From: Azolla caroliniana
Lineage: Eukaryota > Plantae > Polypodiophyta
Direction of reading: 5' to 3'
Assembly: GCA_043228905.1 (NCBI GenBank)
Contig: JBHGNT010000007.1
Coordinates: forward strand, 6,262,001 to 6,326,000
DNA: 64,000 nt
The position numbers and the translations under genes were made by a program. The notes beneath the pieces were generated by a model, which made no database searches, had not been told where the DNA came from, and saw only the letters and a program-made list of their open reading frames with translations. Shown one piece after another: positions 42,609 to 55,379 of the stretch. Position 1 is the stretch's first letter. Each line of letters begins with the position of its first letter.

Positions 42609-45600
42609 TATGCTCTGTACATCAGTTACACCAATAACTCTATACAACAAATAATGACAACAACCCCGATACTGTTTGCCCTAGGTCATATTTATACTAA
42701 TATGACTTTTGGGCTATTTACAAATATAGCCCTAGGGGGCTCTCTAGAACATATTTACATATATGTCCCTTCATCCGGTGAGAGGTTCTCACCGGGCCTA
42801 CAACATCCGGTTCTCATCGGGCCTTCATCATCCGGTTATCACCCGGTCTTCCTTGCCGGGTACTCATATCCCATCCAAAAGGACCGAAATCCTAACAAAC
42901 TCCCCCTTCACTCCATCATGGGATGTCTGGTTAGTCCAATTCACTTCCGGCATGCGTCCAGCTTGTCGGGTGTTAGCACCTTGGTCAGCATATCCGACCC
43001 GTTCTCCTCCGTGTGGATCTTCGTCAGCACGAACTCTCGATCTTTCACTCGCTCCCGGATCCAGTGGTACCTTCGTTAGATGTGCTTCGTCCTGGAATGA
43101 TACGTTGCGTTCTTCACAAGGTGGATGGCACTTTGACTGTCGTAGTAGAGCCGGTATTCCTCTTGTCGGATCCCTAGCTCTCCGATGAAGTCCTTCATCC
43201 ATAGTATTTCTTTGTCGGCTTCCACAACCGCCATGTACTCCGCTTCCGTGGTTGACAACGCAATCATCTTCTGTAGCCTCGACTGCCACAAAACAGCCCC
43301 CCTGCATATGTCATGACGTATCTGGATGTTGACCGGCTAGTATCTGCATCAGCCGACATATCTGAATCGGTGAAACCGTTAAGTTGGGGTTTACCGGAGC
43401 CGAATCGGAGACACATACTTGAGGTGCCTTCCAGTGCTCCTTGTCAGGATTGCCCATGAACCAGCACACCACTTCGACTATGTATCCGATATCCTGTCAG
43501 GTACACACCATTGCGTACATTAAGCTCTCGACAACAAAGGCATATGGTATCTTCATCATATCCGCCTTCTCTACCTTCGTCTTTAGGCTTTGCTTACCGG
43601 ATAGCTTGTAGTTTGCCGGAAGTGTCGATCCGACTGGTTTCGCGTTTGACATGTTGAACCGCTGAAGCACCTTTGTCAAGTACTTCTCCTGTGACAGCCA
43701 CAATTGCTTCGTTGACCGGTCCCGGATGATATGCATCCCCAGTATCTATCTTGCCGGACCCAAGTCTTTCATTGAGAAGGTCCGGTTCAGGGCCTTCTTC
43801 AGCATCCGTATCTTGACTTGGTCTTGTCCGACGATCAACATGTCGTCCACGTCCAGGAGGAGTATCAGGAAGTCTCCTCCTTCGAACTTCTTCACAAATA
43901 CGCAGTGATCGGCCTACGTCTTGTGGTACGTTTGTTCGTTCATGAAGGCGTCAAACTTCTGGTACCATTGTCGGTCTGTTATCTGCTCGAACTACCTTCA
44001 GCTTCCGGTCGATTTCTCTTTCCACTCTCGCGTGGAGCTCCTTGAAAACGGATAACACCGGATCCTTCGTCTTCAGCGGTGTGGCCCACAGCTTCCGGGT
44101 GTGGTCTTCTATGAACGTCACGAAGTACTGCGATCCGGCATGTGACTTCGTGTCCACTTGACACACATCGGTATGCACCAACTCCAGTGGTGCATTACGT
44201 CTCATCGGTGGCCTTGAGCAGAAGGAGGTATGGTTTTGCTTACCGGCCCGACAGACGGTGCACTTCTCAAGATGCACGTCTTTCACCGGAATGAGGTTGT
44301 CATCGGCAAGCCTCTTCATCCCCTTCTCGCTCATGTGACACAGTCTCTTGTGCCATAGCTCACTGGCAATGTCGGATGCCACATTCACTTCTTCTGGGCA
44401 TAACCGAGCATTCATCAGGTACAAAGTGTTGACTTTCCGGGCCCGAGCTACTATTAGGCTCCATGTGCTGAACTTCATAACACCATTCCAGATGCTACCC
44501 ATGTAGCCTTCATCATCTAGCCGACCGGCTGATATCAGGTTCAGTCAAACCTCTGAAACGTGTCGGACATCCTTCAACAACAACTTGCATCCGGTTGGTG
44601 TTGTCAACCACACGTCTCTTATGCCGACAATTCGGCATGTACCTTCATTCCCCATCCGGACACAGTCCAGTCCGGGGTGTAGGATGAGAAGCATTTCCAG
44701 TCCGGCTGTGTAGGATGAGAAGCATTTCCAGTCCGGGGTCAGGTGGAACGACGCTCCGGAATCGACAACCCACGTCATCTCGTCGCTGGCAAGGTTCAAC
44801 TCACTCTCCTCGGTGATGAGCATCAACTCGTCTTCACTTGCCGCAATTGTCGTCGTTCCCTTCCAGTCCAGTTCCCTCCAATCTTTATCATTCCAGTCCG
44901 GTGACCGCTTCGAATCGGTACTGTTGGTTTCATTCTCTTTCCTTAAATGTCGACAGTTCTTCTAGAAGTGCCCCGACTTCCCACAATAGAAGCAAGTGGG
45001 CCTTCCCCTTGACTTTGACCGTGTCCCCGACTTTGCCCGGTTCTGGGGACTCTGGTTCCTTTGTCTTCCGTGTTCCGATTCAGTAAGGAGCGCTTTGGAG
45101 TCGGAGATCATACCCTTGTCTTTCCGACGTGCCTCCTCATCTAGCAAGCTCGACTTGACTCTTGCTAGGGATAATTGTTTTCCTTCCGGCCGGACGTTGC
45201 CCAAAGTGACAACCAACATCTCCCAGCTATCCGGGAGGGAACCGAGCAGGAGTAGTGCTAGTACCTCATCAGCGAGAGGTACTTCCAATCATGTTTCCTA
45301 GTGAATCAACCCCTGGAAGGCATTCATGTGCTCCGCCATGCTGGAGCCATCTTGGTACCGGAGTCTTACTAGCTTCCGGAATACTGAAACCCGATTAACA
45401 TCATTTTTGTTCTGAAACATAATGTTGATCTTCTTCCAGAGCTCATGAGCCTTGTTCTCTTCATTAAAGTTGTTGTACAGGCTCATGTCAATGAAACACC
45501 ATATGTGCGTCATTGTCTTCATGTGCATTACCTCCCACGCCATGACGTCGATTTTATCCGGTCTCTTGTCCCCGAACTGAACCGACAACCAAAGATCTTT

Positions 45601-46315
45601 AACAACGAGCATGTCCCTCATCTTCGACTTCCACACTGAGTAGTTGGAGCCAGTGAGCTTGAACATGCCGCCAAATGAATCTTCCATTTTCAGTGTCGTT
45701 TCGCATTGATACCAGTTTGACGCGAAATATGCGGAATATTACTCAGCCACAACCGAGTCTTAGATTGTGTCGTTTAGAATAGAACACCAAGAATGGGAAT
45801 GGAGGTGAATACATGTACACATAGACAATATGAGAGAGGGTACACAGTATGTTAACGTGGAAAACCCTAAATGGGAAAAACCACGGGAGTCCACAAATTC
45901 CGAACTATCACTATGTAAGGAGAATAAAACAGGTAAACACAGAGGCAACCACCTCTTGCTCACAATCTTTGTCTGGCGGCGGTTACAACAGAGAATCACT
46001 TTGTATCTCTCTCTCTCTCTCTTTGCTACGCTCTGTACATCAATTACACCAATAACTCTATACAACAAATTATGAAAACAACCCCAATACTATTTGCCCT
46101 AGGTCATATTTATACTAATATGACTTTTGGGCTATTTACAAATATAGCCCTAGTGGGCTCTCTGAAACATATTTACATATATGTCCCTTCATCTGGTGAG
46201 AGGTTCTCATCGGGCCTGCAACATCTGATTCTCACCGGGCCTTCATCATCCGGTTCTCACCGGATCTTCCTTGCCGGGTACTCATATCTCATTCCGAGGG
46301 ACAGAAATCCTAACA
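42234..46315 (-). mobile_element. Ty1/Copia element with a large IN-RT internal deletion
   Basis: LTRs 42234-42897 and 45718-46315; TSD CTTCT; PBS TGGTATCAATGC at 45703-45714; gag 45687-44962; integrase RADN fused to RT sequence at ~43975. Confidence 0.93.
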
Positions 46316-46403
46316 CTTCTTCAACACATTCTTCCTTTGCAAACTGTTGGGAGACAGGTTCCTCCGGATGGGAAGAGAGAAGAACAGTGCTAACCGGAAG
46401 AGT

Positions 46404-46670
46404 AGTACCCGACTACGGAGAGCCGGATGGTGCAGACCCGGTGAGAACCGGATGAGGAGTACTCGGCTACGGAGAGCCGAATGGTGTAGACCCGGTGAGA
46501 ACCAGATGAGGAGTACCCGGCTACCGAGAGCCTGATGGTGTAGGCCCGGTGAGAACCGGATGAGGAGTACCCGGCTACGGAGAGCCGGATGGTGCAGGCC
46601 CGGTGAGAACTGGATGAGGAGTACCCGGCTACGGAGAGCCGGATGGTGCAGACTTGGTGAGGAATGCTCT
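46404..46670 (+). repeat. 54-bp tandem repeat in Copia U3 (5 copies; 4 copies in the 3' LTR at 57057-57270)
   Basis: Unit AGTACCCGGCTACGGAGAGCCGGATGGTGCAGACCCGGTGAGAACCGGATGAGG. Confidence 0.9.
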
Positions 46671-49600
46671 CCGGATGAAGAGACATATTCGTAAATATGT
46701 TTCTGAGAGTCCATCGAGGCTATATTTGTAAATAGCCGAAAAGTCTTATTAGTATAAATATGACTTAGGGCAAACTTATAGTAATTGTTGTTGTCATTCT
46801 TGTTGGTGCAAGGTGAGAGACTGTGCGTAACTGTGTACAGAGAGAGAGAGAGAGAAAGAGGTCGTTGCCTCTGTTGTAACCGCCGCCTGTGGCGAAGATC
46901 GTGAGCTCGAGGTCGTTGCCTCCGTGAACTCACTATTGTACATTCTAACATAATGATAGTTTGCAGCCTGTGGGCTGCCGTGGTTTTTTCCCTCTTTGGG
47001 TTTTCCACGTAAACATCCTGTGTACTCGTCTCTTCTTCATGTCGTGTTTTATTTCCCGTTTTCTATGTATGATTCTAAGCTTGGTTGTGGCCGAGCGTTG
47101 TGTATAAGGAGCGTTTGAGTTCTCGTCAAGTGGTATCAGAGCGAAACGACACAGAAAATGGACGAATCATTTGGCGGCATGTTCAAGGTCACCGGCTCCA
47201 ACTATTCAGTGTGGAAGTCGAAGATGAGGGACATGCTCATGGTTAAAGACCTCTGGCTGCCGGTTCAGTTCGGGGACAAGAGACCGGACAAAATCGACGT
47301 CGCGATATGGGAGGTGATGCACATGAAGACAACAACGTACATACGGTGCTTCATCGACATGAGCCTATACAACAACTTCAATGAGGAGAGCAAGGCTCAT
47401 GAGCTCTAGGAGAAGATCGGCATTATGTTTCAAAACAAAAATGTTGTTAATCAGGTTTTGGTATTCCGGAAGCTAGTAAGACTCCGGTACCAAGATGGCT
47501 CCAGCATGGCTGAGCACATGAATGCCTTCTAGGGGCTGATCCACCAGGGCACTTCATTGGAAGTACCTCTCTCCGATGAGGTACTAGCGTTACTCCTGCT
47601 CGGTCCCCTCCCGAATAGCTGGGAGATGTTGGTTGTCACTTTGGGCAACGCCGGACCGGAAGGAAAGCGGTTATCCCTAGCAAGAGTAAAGTCGAGCTTG
47701 CTAGATGAGGAGGCGCATCGGAAGGATAAAGATACGAGCTCCGACTCCAAAGCGCTCCTTACCAAATCGAAACGCGGAAGACAAAGAAACCGTAGTCCCC
47801 AGAACCGGGAAAAGTCGGGGACTCGGTCAAAGTCAAGGGGGAAGCCCACTTGCTTCTAGTGCGGCAAGCCGGGACACTTCCAAAAGAACTGTCGGCATTT
47901 CCGAAAGGATAAGGAGACCGATGGTACCGATTCGAAGCGGACCCCGGACCGGAAGGGAACGACCGGAAGTGAAGAAGAGTTGATGCTCATCACCGAGGAG
48001 TGTGAGATAAACCTTGCCGGCGACGAGATGACCTGGGTGGTAGACTCCAAAGCGTCGTTCCACCTTACCCCGGACCGGAAATGTTTCTCATTCTACGCAG
48101 ACGGTGATCACGGCTGTGTCCGGATGGGGAATGAAGGTACATGCCCAATTGTCGACATAGGAGACGTGTGGCTGACAACACCAACCGGATCCAAGTTGCT
48201 GATGAAGGATGTCTGACACGTTCCGGAGGTTCGTCTGAACCTGATATATGTCGGTCGGCTAGATAATGAAGGCTACACTAGTAGCATCCGGAACGGTGTC
48301 ATGAAGTTCAGCAAAGGGAGCCTGATTGTGGCTCGGGCCCGGAAGGTCAACACACTGTACTTGATAAATGGCCGGTTATGTCCGGAAGAAGTGAACGTGG
48401 CATCCGACACTGCCGATGAGCTGTGGCACAAGAGGCTGTGTCATATGAGCGAGAAGGGGATGAAGAGGCTTGCAGATGACAACCTCATTCCAGTGACGAA
48501 CGTGCACATGGAGAAGTGCACTGATTGTCTGGCCGGTAAGCAAAACCGGACCTCCTTCCGACCAAGGCCACCGATGAGACGTAATGCACCACTGGAGTTG
48601 GTGCATACGGATGTGTGTCAGGTAGACACGAAGTCACATGCCGGAGCGCAGTACTTCGTGATTCTCATAGATGACCACAGCCGGAAGCTGTGGGCCACAC
48701 CATTGAAGACGAAGGATCAGGTGCTATCCGTCTTCAAAGAGCTCCACGCGAGAGTGGAAAGAGAAACCGGCCGGAAGCTGAAGGCGGTTCGAGCAGATAA
48801 CGGAGGAGAATACCGGGGGCAGTTTGAGGAGTATTGCCGCCCGAAGGGAATCCGGCTCAAATTTACCGTGCCGAAGACGCCGGAACTAAACGGGCTGGCC
48901 GAGAGGATGAACCGGACCATAATGGAGAGGGTCCGGAGTATGCTAGCGCATGCAAAACTACGCAAGAAGTTTTGGGCTGAGGCACTGTCGACGGCGACAT
49001 ATGTGATAAATAGATCACCCTCAGTACCCTTGGACGGAGACACGCCACAGAGAGTGTGGACCGGTAAGGAAGTATCCTACCGGCATCTGAAGGTGTTCGG
49101 GTGTCTCGCGTACGTGCATGTAGCTAAGGACAGGAGAGGAAAGTTAGATTCAAAGACCCGGCCATGCATATTCCTCGGTTACGGTGACGATGAGTTTGGC
49201 TACCGAGTGTGGGACCTGGTCGACAAGAAGGTATTCCGGAGTCAAGATATTATCTTCATGGAGGACAAGACGCTCGCCGACTGGGAGTCGGAGAAGAAGA
49301 TAATGAACTCCGAGTCGACCGGTAAGGATAGATTCTACGATGAGCAGACCCAACCGGCAAGAGACCGGTTAGCACTCGAGGAACCAGCCGGTTACGGTCA
49401 GGATACCGAACCGGCAAAAGAAGAAGTAGAGGAAGCTGAGACCAGAACCGGCCTAGACCCCGAATCGGATTCGGATGAAGAGCAAATGGAGCCGGCTACC
49501 GAAGGCCAAAGACAGAGATATCCTCTCAGAGAGAGAAGGGCCCCCCGGAGATTTCCGGATGCAGAGCATGTGTTGCTGACCGATGAGGGGGAGCCGGAAA

Positions 49601-50058
49601 GCTTCGAAGAAGCGAAGGATGACACCCATAGCCGCAAATGTCTAAGTGCCATGCAGGATGAGATGGATTCCCTGCATGAGAACCATACATACGAATTGGT
49701 GGAGTTGCCGAAAGGAAAGCGGGCACTCCGAAACAAGTGGGGGTACAAGTTGAAACCGGGAGATGCCGGCAACCCCCGAGATACAAAGCCAAGATCGTGG
49801 TGAAGGGGTTCCAGCAGAAGAAGGGCGTGGACTTCGACGAGATATTTGCCCCGGTTGTAAAGATGACCTCGATCCAGACGGTGCTGAGTATAGCGGCAAG
49901 CATGGACCTTGAGGTAGAGCAGCTGGACGTGAAGACGACATTCCTTCACGGCGACCTTGAAGAGGAGATCTACATGTAGAAACCGGAGGGATTTGTGGAG
50001 AAAGGGAAGGAGCACCTGGTATGCCGGCTAAAGAAGAGCGTGTATGGACTAAAGTAGG

Positions 50059-50130
50059 TGTCATAACTAGACTCGAACCTATAACCTTTTGTTACACGGG
50101 TCGAGACTTTACCATTAGGTTATGAATTGT
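50059..50130 (-). ncRNA. tRNA-like Pol III cassette at the extreme 5' end of LTR B, antisense (second copy at 55372-55443)
   Basis: Minus strand TCA-TAACCTAATGG(A box)...AG-GTTCGAGTC(B box)-TAGTTATGACA; 45-nt span. Confidence 0.7.
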
Positions 50131-50348
50131 AATTTGAAGGATATTATTTTCATTTAGGTTTTATTGGGAAATTGATGTATATTCCAGATTTCTCTGGAAC
50201 ATTCTAGAAACTTCAGGAGTATTCCTGAAGACACTATAAAAGGAGGCGCAAGGCATTAGTTCGAACCAAATCGGTTCAACGCCAGTCTTAAGCCTTCTAA
50301 CTACTGTTGTATATCTTCCGTCATATAATACATATATCTTTCGCATCA

Positions 50349-50404
<56 letters not shown>

Positions 50405-50539
50405 ACTCATTCCTTCTCTCAAAGTTCGACACCTCTCATAGTACTAATCCTTCTCTGTCTTAGTACTATTCCCCAACAATAGTACTAATCCTTCTTTTAG
50501 TACTAATTCCTTCTCTGCCTTAATAGAGTTCCTGACAGT

Positions 50540-50551
50540 TTGAACCGATTT
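50540..50551 (+). promoter_or_regulatory. Self-priming PBS of element B
   Basis: TTGAACCGATTT is complementary to AAATCGGTTCAA (50268-50279), which starts 33 nt after TATAAAA (50235); no TGG tRNA PBS. Confidence 0.82.
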
Positions 50552-50625
50552 CCCCTACTAGTCTCCCTCTTCCTTCTGTCTCCCTCCTTTCCTACTAGTC
50601 TCTTATTTCCCTTTTCCTTCATCCC

Positions 50626-51795
50626 ATGGCCACCGTTAGCGCTGAAGAGTATCAATCCGTTTTCTCGGAATTTCAATGCTTGAAAGAGAAGTTTCATGCT
50701 TTGGAACAAGAAAATCAACGCTTGTTGGGGGATCTTCAGCAAATTTCCTTAGAAAAGCAGCAAACGCAACAACAGCATGGGGAACTTGCGTTACGCGTGC
50801 AACAACTCGAAGCAACCATCGTAGCAATGCAACAACAAGGGCACGGAGCACAAGGGATTCATAAAGAACCCAAGATTGGCCTTCCCACGAAGTTCGATGG
50901 AACGCGATCGCAGTTTAGAGGGTTTCTTAACCAGGTACGGTTAGTTATTCAAATGCATCCGTCCCGATATCCCACCGATGCATCACGAGTGGGTTTAGTA
51001 GGCACGTTGTTAAATGGCTCAACATTAGCATGGTTCGCTCCGCTACTAGAAAAGGAATCTCCAGTACTAAATAATTTTGAAGAATTCATAAGTGAGTTTA
51101 AAGCATGTTTTGGAGATACTGACAGCATAAGGACTGCAATCAACAAAATCCGGCGATTACGCCAAGGTGACCGTCCAGCCTCCGCATATGCTGCAGATTT
51201 CCGCCTACTCGCCGCCGATATCCCCTGGGATGATCAAGCATTGATGGAGCAGTTCCGCTATGGTCTACGCAACGATGTCAAGGATTTACTCTTGACTTTC
51301 CCTGAAGAGCCAAAATCATTAACAGAAGCAATCAGTCGAGCGGTCAGATGTGACAACCGCCTCTTCGAGCGACGTTCGGAACGACAATTTCAGATGCCGA
51401 GGGCAAGATCCGAGCCTACCTATGCCTCAGTGGTAGCGAAACCTTTTCAAAGGGAGTCACATAATGCGCCTCCAGTAAGTACTCCAACTCCAATGGAAAT
51501 TGACACCACACGTCGTCGTGGGCCGCTATCGGAGGAGGAAAAGCAACGACGCCGAACAAACCGATTATGCCTTTATTGCGGTGGACCAGGGCATATCGCG
51601 ATAAACTGTCCCCATAGACCAAGAAGGCAGGTAAACCAAGTCATTGTTAGTTCTGACTATACTAAACCCGAGTCTATTTCAGTAGGAATCTCTGATAATC
51701 CTCATAGTCATAATAGTCCTAATAGTGCTAATAGTCCGAATCTCGCAAACAAATTTGATGTCCTTAGCCAATTAGAAGAAGAGTTAAACGACTAA
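50626..51795 (+). CDS. gag: Chromovirus Gag (coiled coil, capsid, CCHC knuckle)
   Basis: Open 389-aa ORF; PTKFDG, LRQG, PMEID, CLYCGGPGHIAINC. Confidence 0.95.
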   Translation: MATVSAEEYQSVFSEFQCLKEKFHALEQENQRLLGDLQQISLEKQQTQQQHGELALRVQQLEATIVAMQQQGHGAQGIHKEPKIGLPTKFDGTRSQFRGFLNQVRLVIQMHPSRYPTDASRVGLVGTLLNGSTLAWFAPLLEKESPVLNNFEEFISEFKACFGDTDSIRTAINKIRRLRQGDRPASAYAADFRLLAADIPWDDQALMEQFRYGLRNDVKDLLLTFPEEPKSLTEAISRAVRCDNRLFERRSERQFQMPRARSEPTYASVVAKPFQRESHNAPPVSTPTPMEIDTTRRRGPLSEEEKQRRRTNRLCLYCGGPGHIAINCPHRPRRQVNQVIVSSDYTKPESISVGISDNPHSHNSPNSANSPNLANKFDVLSQLEEELND

Positions 51796-51860
51796 GTCCA
51801 GCCAAAATAGGAGCCGTTTGGTTGGACAGCCCTAGATCTGTGCAGCCCATTAGTGGTTCC
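51783..51860 (+). promoter_or_regulatory. -1 ribosomal frameshift signal (slippery site plus stem-loop or pseudoknot)
   Basis: G_TTA_AAC 51783-51789, 6-nt spacer, 11-bp stem 51796-51806/51817-51827; conserved in element A (22989-22906). Confidence 0.8.
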
Positions 51861-54800
51861 ATTCCCTCTAAGCAAGTTAGTGATGTGTTCGTAGCCCAAG
51901 TAGCAGTTAGTACTAAAAGTACCCCTCCAGTACATACCTTAGCCCTTCTAGATTCCGGAGCTAATTCTTGCTTCATGGATAGGAATTTTGCCCGAGCTCA
52001 TCAGATATCTCTCAGAAAGCTCCCATGTCCAGCCTCAGTAGTAGTCATTGATGGTCGTCCCATTGCTTCTGGTAATATCATAGAAGAGTCGGAACCCGTT
52101 AATATTGTCCCAGATAACTTAACATGTGTAGTATCATTTAATATTATTAGTATTCCAGAACATCCCATAGTTTTAGGATTACCATGGTTCGAGTTACATG
52201 ACCCAGACATAGATTGGAGGACAAGGGAAATCCGGTTGCGACAAACCCAAGGATCTACCCAGAAGGTTGCAACCATTTCGCTACGTCAGTTGCGTGAGGA
52301 AGGGCGCAAGGAGGAAATGTTTCTCTTTGCAATATCAGTACAACCCTCCAGCACCACCAAAGAGGAGTCCACCGTTCAACTTCCCGAGAAGTATCGTCAG
52401 TATGCTGATGTGTTCGATAAAGTACAAGCCAACACACTTCCTCATCATCGGCCGTACGACTGCGCCATCGACTTACAACCGGGAAAAGAGCCGCCATGGG
52501 GGCCGATCTACAATTTGTCACCAACCGAGCTAGAAGTCCTTCGAGCCTATATAGAGGAGAATTTGGAGAACGGTTTCATTCGGCATTCGAAATCTCCAGC
52601 CGGCGCACCCATTTTCTTCGTCAAGAAAAAAGATGGCTCGCTTCGACTCGTTGTAGATTACCGTGGCTTGAATAAGGTCACAGTAAGAAATAGGTATGCT
52701 CTTCCCCTTATCTCAAGTCTTTTAGAACGGATCAACGGTGCCAGGTTCTTCACGAAGATCGACTTACGAGGAGCCTATAACCTCGTACGGATCCGACCAG
52801 GAGATGAATGGAAGACCGCGTTTCGCACCAGATATGGGCACTTCGAGTATACGGTCATGCCGTTCGGACTTACTAATGCGCCGGCAGTCTTCCAGCACAT
52901 GGCGAATGATATATTTCGAGATCTCTTGGATGATTTTTTGATCATCTATTTGGATGATCTACTGGTTTATTCAAAGACCCAAGAAGAACATGATTCTCAT
53001 GTACTATTAGTACTAAAACGACTTCGAGAACATGGTCTGTATGCAAAGTTAGAGAAATGTAGTTTCGGGTGCAACCAAGTGGAGTTTCTCGGCTATGTCA
53101 TCTCCTCAGAAGGCATATCTATGGACCCAGCCAAGGTCAAAACGGTGATAGAATGGCACACTCCGCGTTCGGTGCGGGATGTGCAATGCTTCCTAGGCTT
53201 TGCAAATTTCTACCGGAAGTTCATACAAAATTACTCAAAAATTGTGCTGCCTCTCACACAGCTCACCAGGAAGGGGCAATCATTCATTTGGTCTAAAGAG
53301 TCGGACATGGCTTTCGAGAGTCTTAAGAAGGGGTTTACATCAGCTCCAATTTTAGGTCATGTGGATCCGGAAAAACCATTCATTATCGAAGCTGATGCAT
53401 CGGATTTCGCATTGGGGAGCATTCTGTCACAACAGGGTAACGACGAGAAGCTACATCCTGTGGCTTTCCACTCCCGTAAGTTTGACGCCGCCGAAATCAA
53501 CTACGAAATTCATGATAAAGAGCTATTAGCAATAGTTGATTCTTTTATGCAATGGAGGCATTTCCTGGAGGGATCTCCTCATCAGGTCACTGTATTCAGT
53601 GACCACAAGAACCTTGCCTACTTTCAAGATGCTCGTGTACTGAATCGACGTCAAGCTCGGTGGGCCCACTTCCTCACACGCTTCGACTTCAAAATTACAT
53701 ATCGTCCGGGGAAGCACCAAGGGAAGGCAGATGCATTATCACGGCGTTCGTATCTAACACCACGTCCCGGTGAGCCAGCTTTCGATAACCAGAAGCAAGT
53801 AATCTTGGGTCCAGCACGACTGCAAGCAGCACAGGTCTTTGACATGCCCGTGGATTCCGACATTACCAATACTATACGTGAGGACTTGAAGACTGACGCT
53901 TTCGCCCAAGCTATACTAGCACAAATTGACCCCTCTCGAGCGTCATGTTCACAATCACAATCACCAGGTACGGATTATCGGCAATTCAAATACTGTGATG
54001 GATTACTCTTCTTTAAAGAACTTTTGTATGTTCCTAATGGTTCTTGCCGCCTTCGAGTAGTACAAAACTGCCATGACACATATACAGCAGGACATTTTGG
54101 TAGTACTAAAACATTAGATTTAGTACAACGATCGTTCTGGTGGCCCCGTATGCGACAATTTGTCGAAGATTTTGTTCGGACTTGCGATACATGCTGCAGA
54201 GCGAAAATGCCAAGACATCATCCATATGGTTTATTAGAACCATTACCAATTCCAAGCAAGCCATGGCAATCCATTGCTCTTGACTTCATTACAGATCTTC
54301 CAGTCTCTAAGGGATTCAGTGCAATTCTCACAGTGGTGGATCGATATACGAAGATGGCTCATTTCTTACCATGTACTAAAGAAATATCTAGTGAAGACAC
54401 CGCCGAAATTGTCATGCGGGAAGTATGTCGGCATCATGGACTCCCTGATAATATCATCAGCGATCGTGGACCCCAGTTTGTGTCAAAATTCTGGAAGCAC
54501 CTTTTTAAAATGTTGAAGGTCACTTGTAACCTCTCCTCCGGCTACCACCCACAAACCGACGGTCAAGCCGAACGAACAAATCAAACACTGGAGCAGTATC
54601 TGCGGTGCTTTCTCAACTATCATCAGAATGACTGGGCAGATATTCTTCAGTTCGCCGAATTTGCCTATAATAACGCTATCCACGCATCAACTAAAGTCAC
54701 GCCATTCTACGCTTATACGGGATATCATCCCCGGTGGTGTGTCCTTGAAACCCCAGAAGTGTCCACAAATCCTTGCGCGGAGGATCGTTTGGAGCGGTTA

Positions 54801-55379
54801 CGCAAGATACAAGCGGATTTATCTACTCAACTCCAGCAAGCTCAACAATCACACAAGGACTACGCAGATCGTCATCGACTTCCATCCAGTTTTAACATTG
54901 GAGATCGGGTGTGGCTGCTACGACGACACATCAAGACTACTCGCCCATGTGAAAAGTTGGATTATCGGCGATTAGGTCCTTTCCGTATTATCGGGAAGAT
55001 TAATGATGTCGCTTTTCGTCTCGAGCTACCTCCGCAACTTCGGATACATCCGGTGTTTCATAGTTCTCTCCTCGAACCCTATCACGAGAGCACTATCCCA
55101 GGACGTACTATACAACCTCCACCTCCTATCGAGCTCGAAGATGGACCTGAGTATGAGGTCGCTGCCATCCTCGATTCCAAGATTGTTCGCAACAAGCTCT
55201 ACTATCTAGTCGATTGGCTAGGATATAGTCCCAGCGAGCGTACTTGGGAACCGATCGAGAATGTGACCAATGCTCGTGCTCTTCTAGAAGACTTCCATCG
55301 ACGATATCCCGAGAAACCGGGTCCTCAATCCAAAACGACTCGTGAAACTCGTCGTTTTAAAGGGGGGATAGTGTCATAA
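51783..55379 (+). CDS. pol: Chromovirus Pol (PR, RT, RNase H, IN, chromodomain), in -1 frame to gag
   Basis: LLDSGA; YLDD; ADASD; H-H-C-C; ISDRGPQF; GQAER; GPF; C-terminal EYEVAAILDSK...YLVDWLGY...TWEP. Confidence 0.95.
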   Translation, partial: VKRLSPAKIGAVWLDSPRSVQPISGSIPSKQVSDVFVAQVAVSTKSTPPVHTLALLDSGANSCFMDRNFARAHQISLRKLPCPASVVVIDGRPIASGNIIEESEPVNIVPDNLTCVVSFNIISIPEHPIVLGLPWFELHDPDIDWRTREIRLRQTQGSTQKVATISLRQLREEGRKEEMFLFAISVQPSSTTKEESTVQLPEKYRQYADVFDKVQANTLPHHRPYDCAIDLQPGKEPPWGPIYNLSPTELEVLRAYIEENLENGFIRHSKSPAGAPIFFVKKKDGSLRLVVDYRGLNKVTVRNRYALPLISSLLERINGARFFTKIDLRGAYNLVRIRPGDEWKTAFRTRYGHFEYTVMPFGLTNAPAVFQHMANDIFRDLLDDFLIIYLDDLLVYSKTQEEHDSHVLLVLKRLREHGLYAKLEKCSFGCNQVEFLGYVISSEGISMDPAKVKTVIEWHTPRSVRDVQCFLGFANFYRKFIQNYSKIVLPLTQLTRKGQSFIWSKESDMAFESLKKGFTSAPILGHVDPEKPFIIEADASDFALGSILSQQGNDEKLHPVAFHSRKFDAAEINYEIHDKELLAIVDSFMQWRHFLEGSPHQVTVFSDHKNLAYFQDARVLNRRQARWAHFLTRFDFKITYRPGKHQGKADALSRRSYLTPRPGEPAFDNQKQVILGPARLQAAQVFDMPVDSDITNTIREDLKTDAFAQAILAQIDPSRASCSQSQSPGTDYRQFKYCDGLLFFKELLYVPNGSCRLRVVQNCHDTYTAGHFGSTKTLDLVQRSFWWPRMRQFVEDFVRTCDTCCRAKMPRHHPYGLLEPLPIPSKPWQSIALDFITDLPVSKGFSAILTVVDRYTKMAHFLPCTKEISSEDTAEIVMREVCRHHGLPDNIISDRGPQFVSKFWKHLFKMLKVTCNLSSGYHPQTDGQAERTNQTLEQYLRCFLNYHQNDWADILQFAEFAYNNAIHASTKVTPFYAYTGYHPRWCVLETPEVSTNPCAEDRLERLRKIQADLSTQLQQAQQSHKDYADRHRLPSSFNIGDRVWLLRRHIKTTRPCEKLDYRRLGPFRIIGKINDVAFRLELPPQLRIHPVFHSSLLEPYHESTIPGRTIQPPPPIELEDGPEYEVAAILDSKIVRNKLYYLVDWLGYSPSERTWEPIENVTNARALLEDFHRRYPEKPGPQSKTTRETRRFKGGIVS

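Noticed and set aside
46310-47008. 232-aa and similar ORFs in Copia LTRs (also 56792-57346)
   Set aside because: Products of the stop-free 54-bp tandem repeat, with no protein motif.
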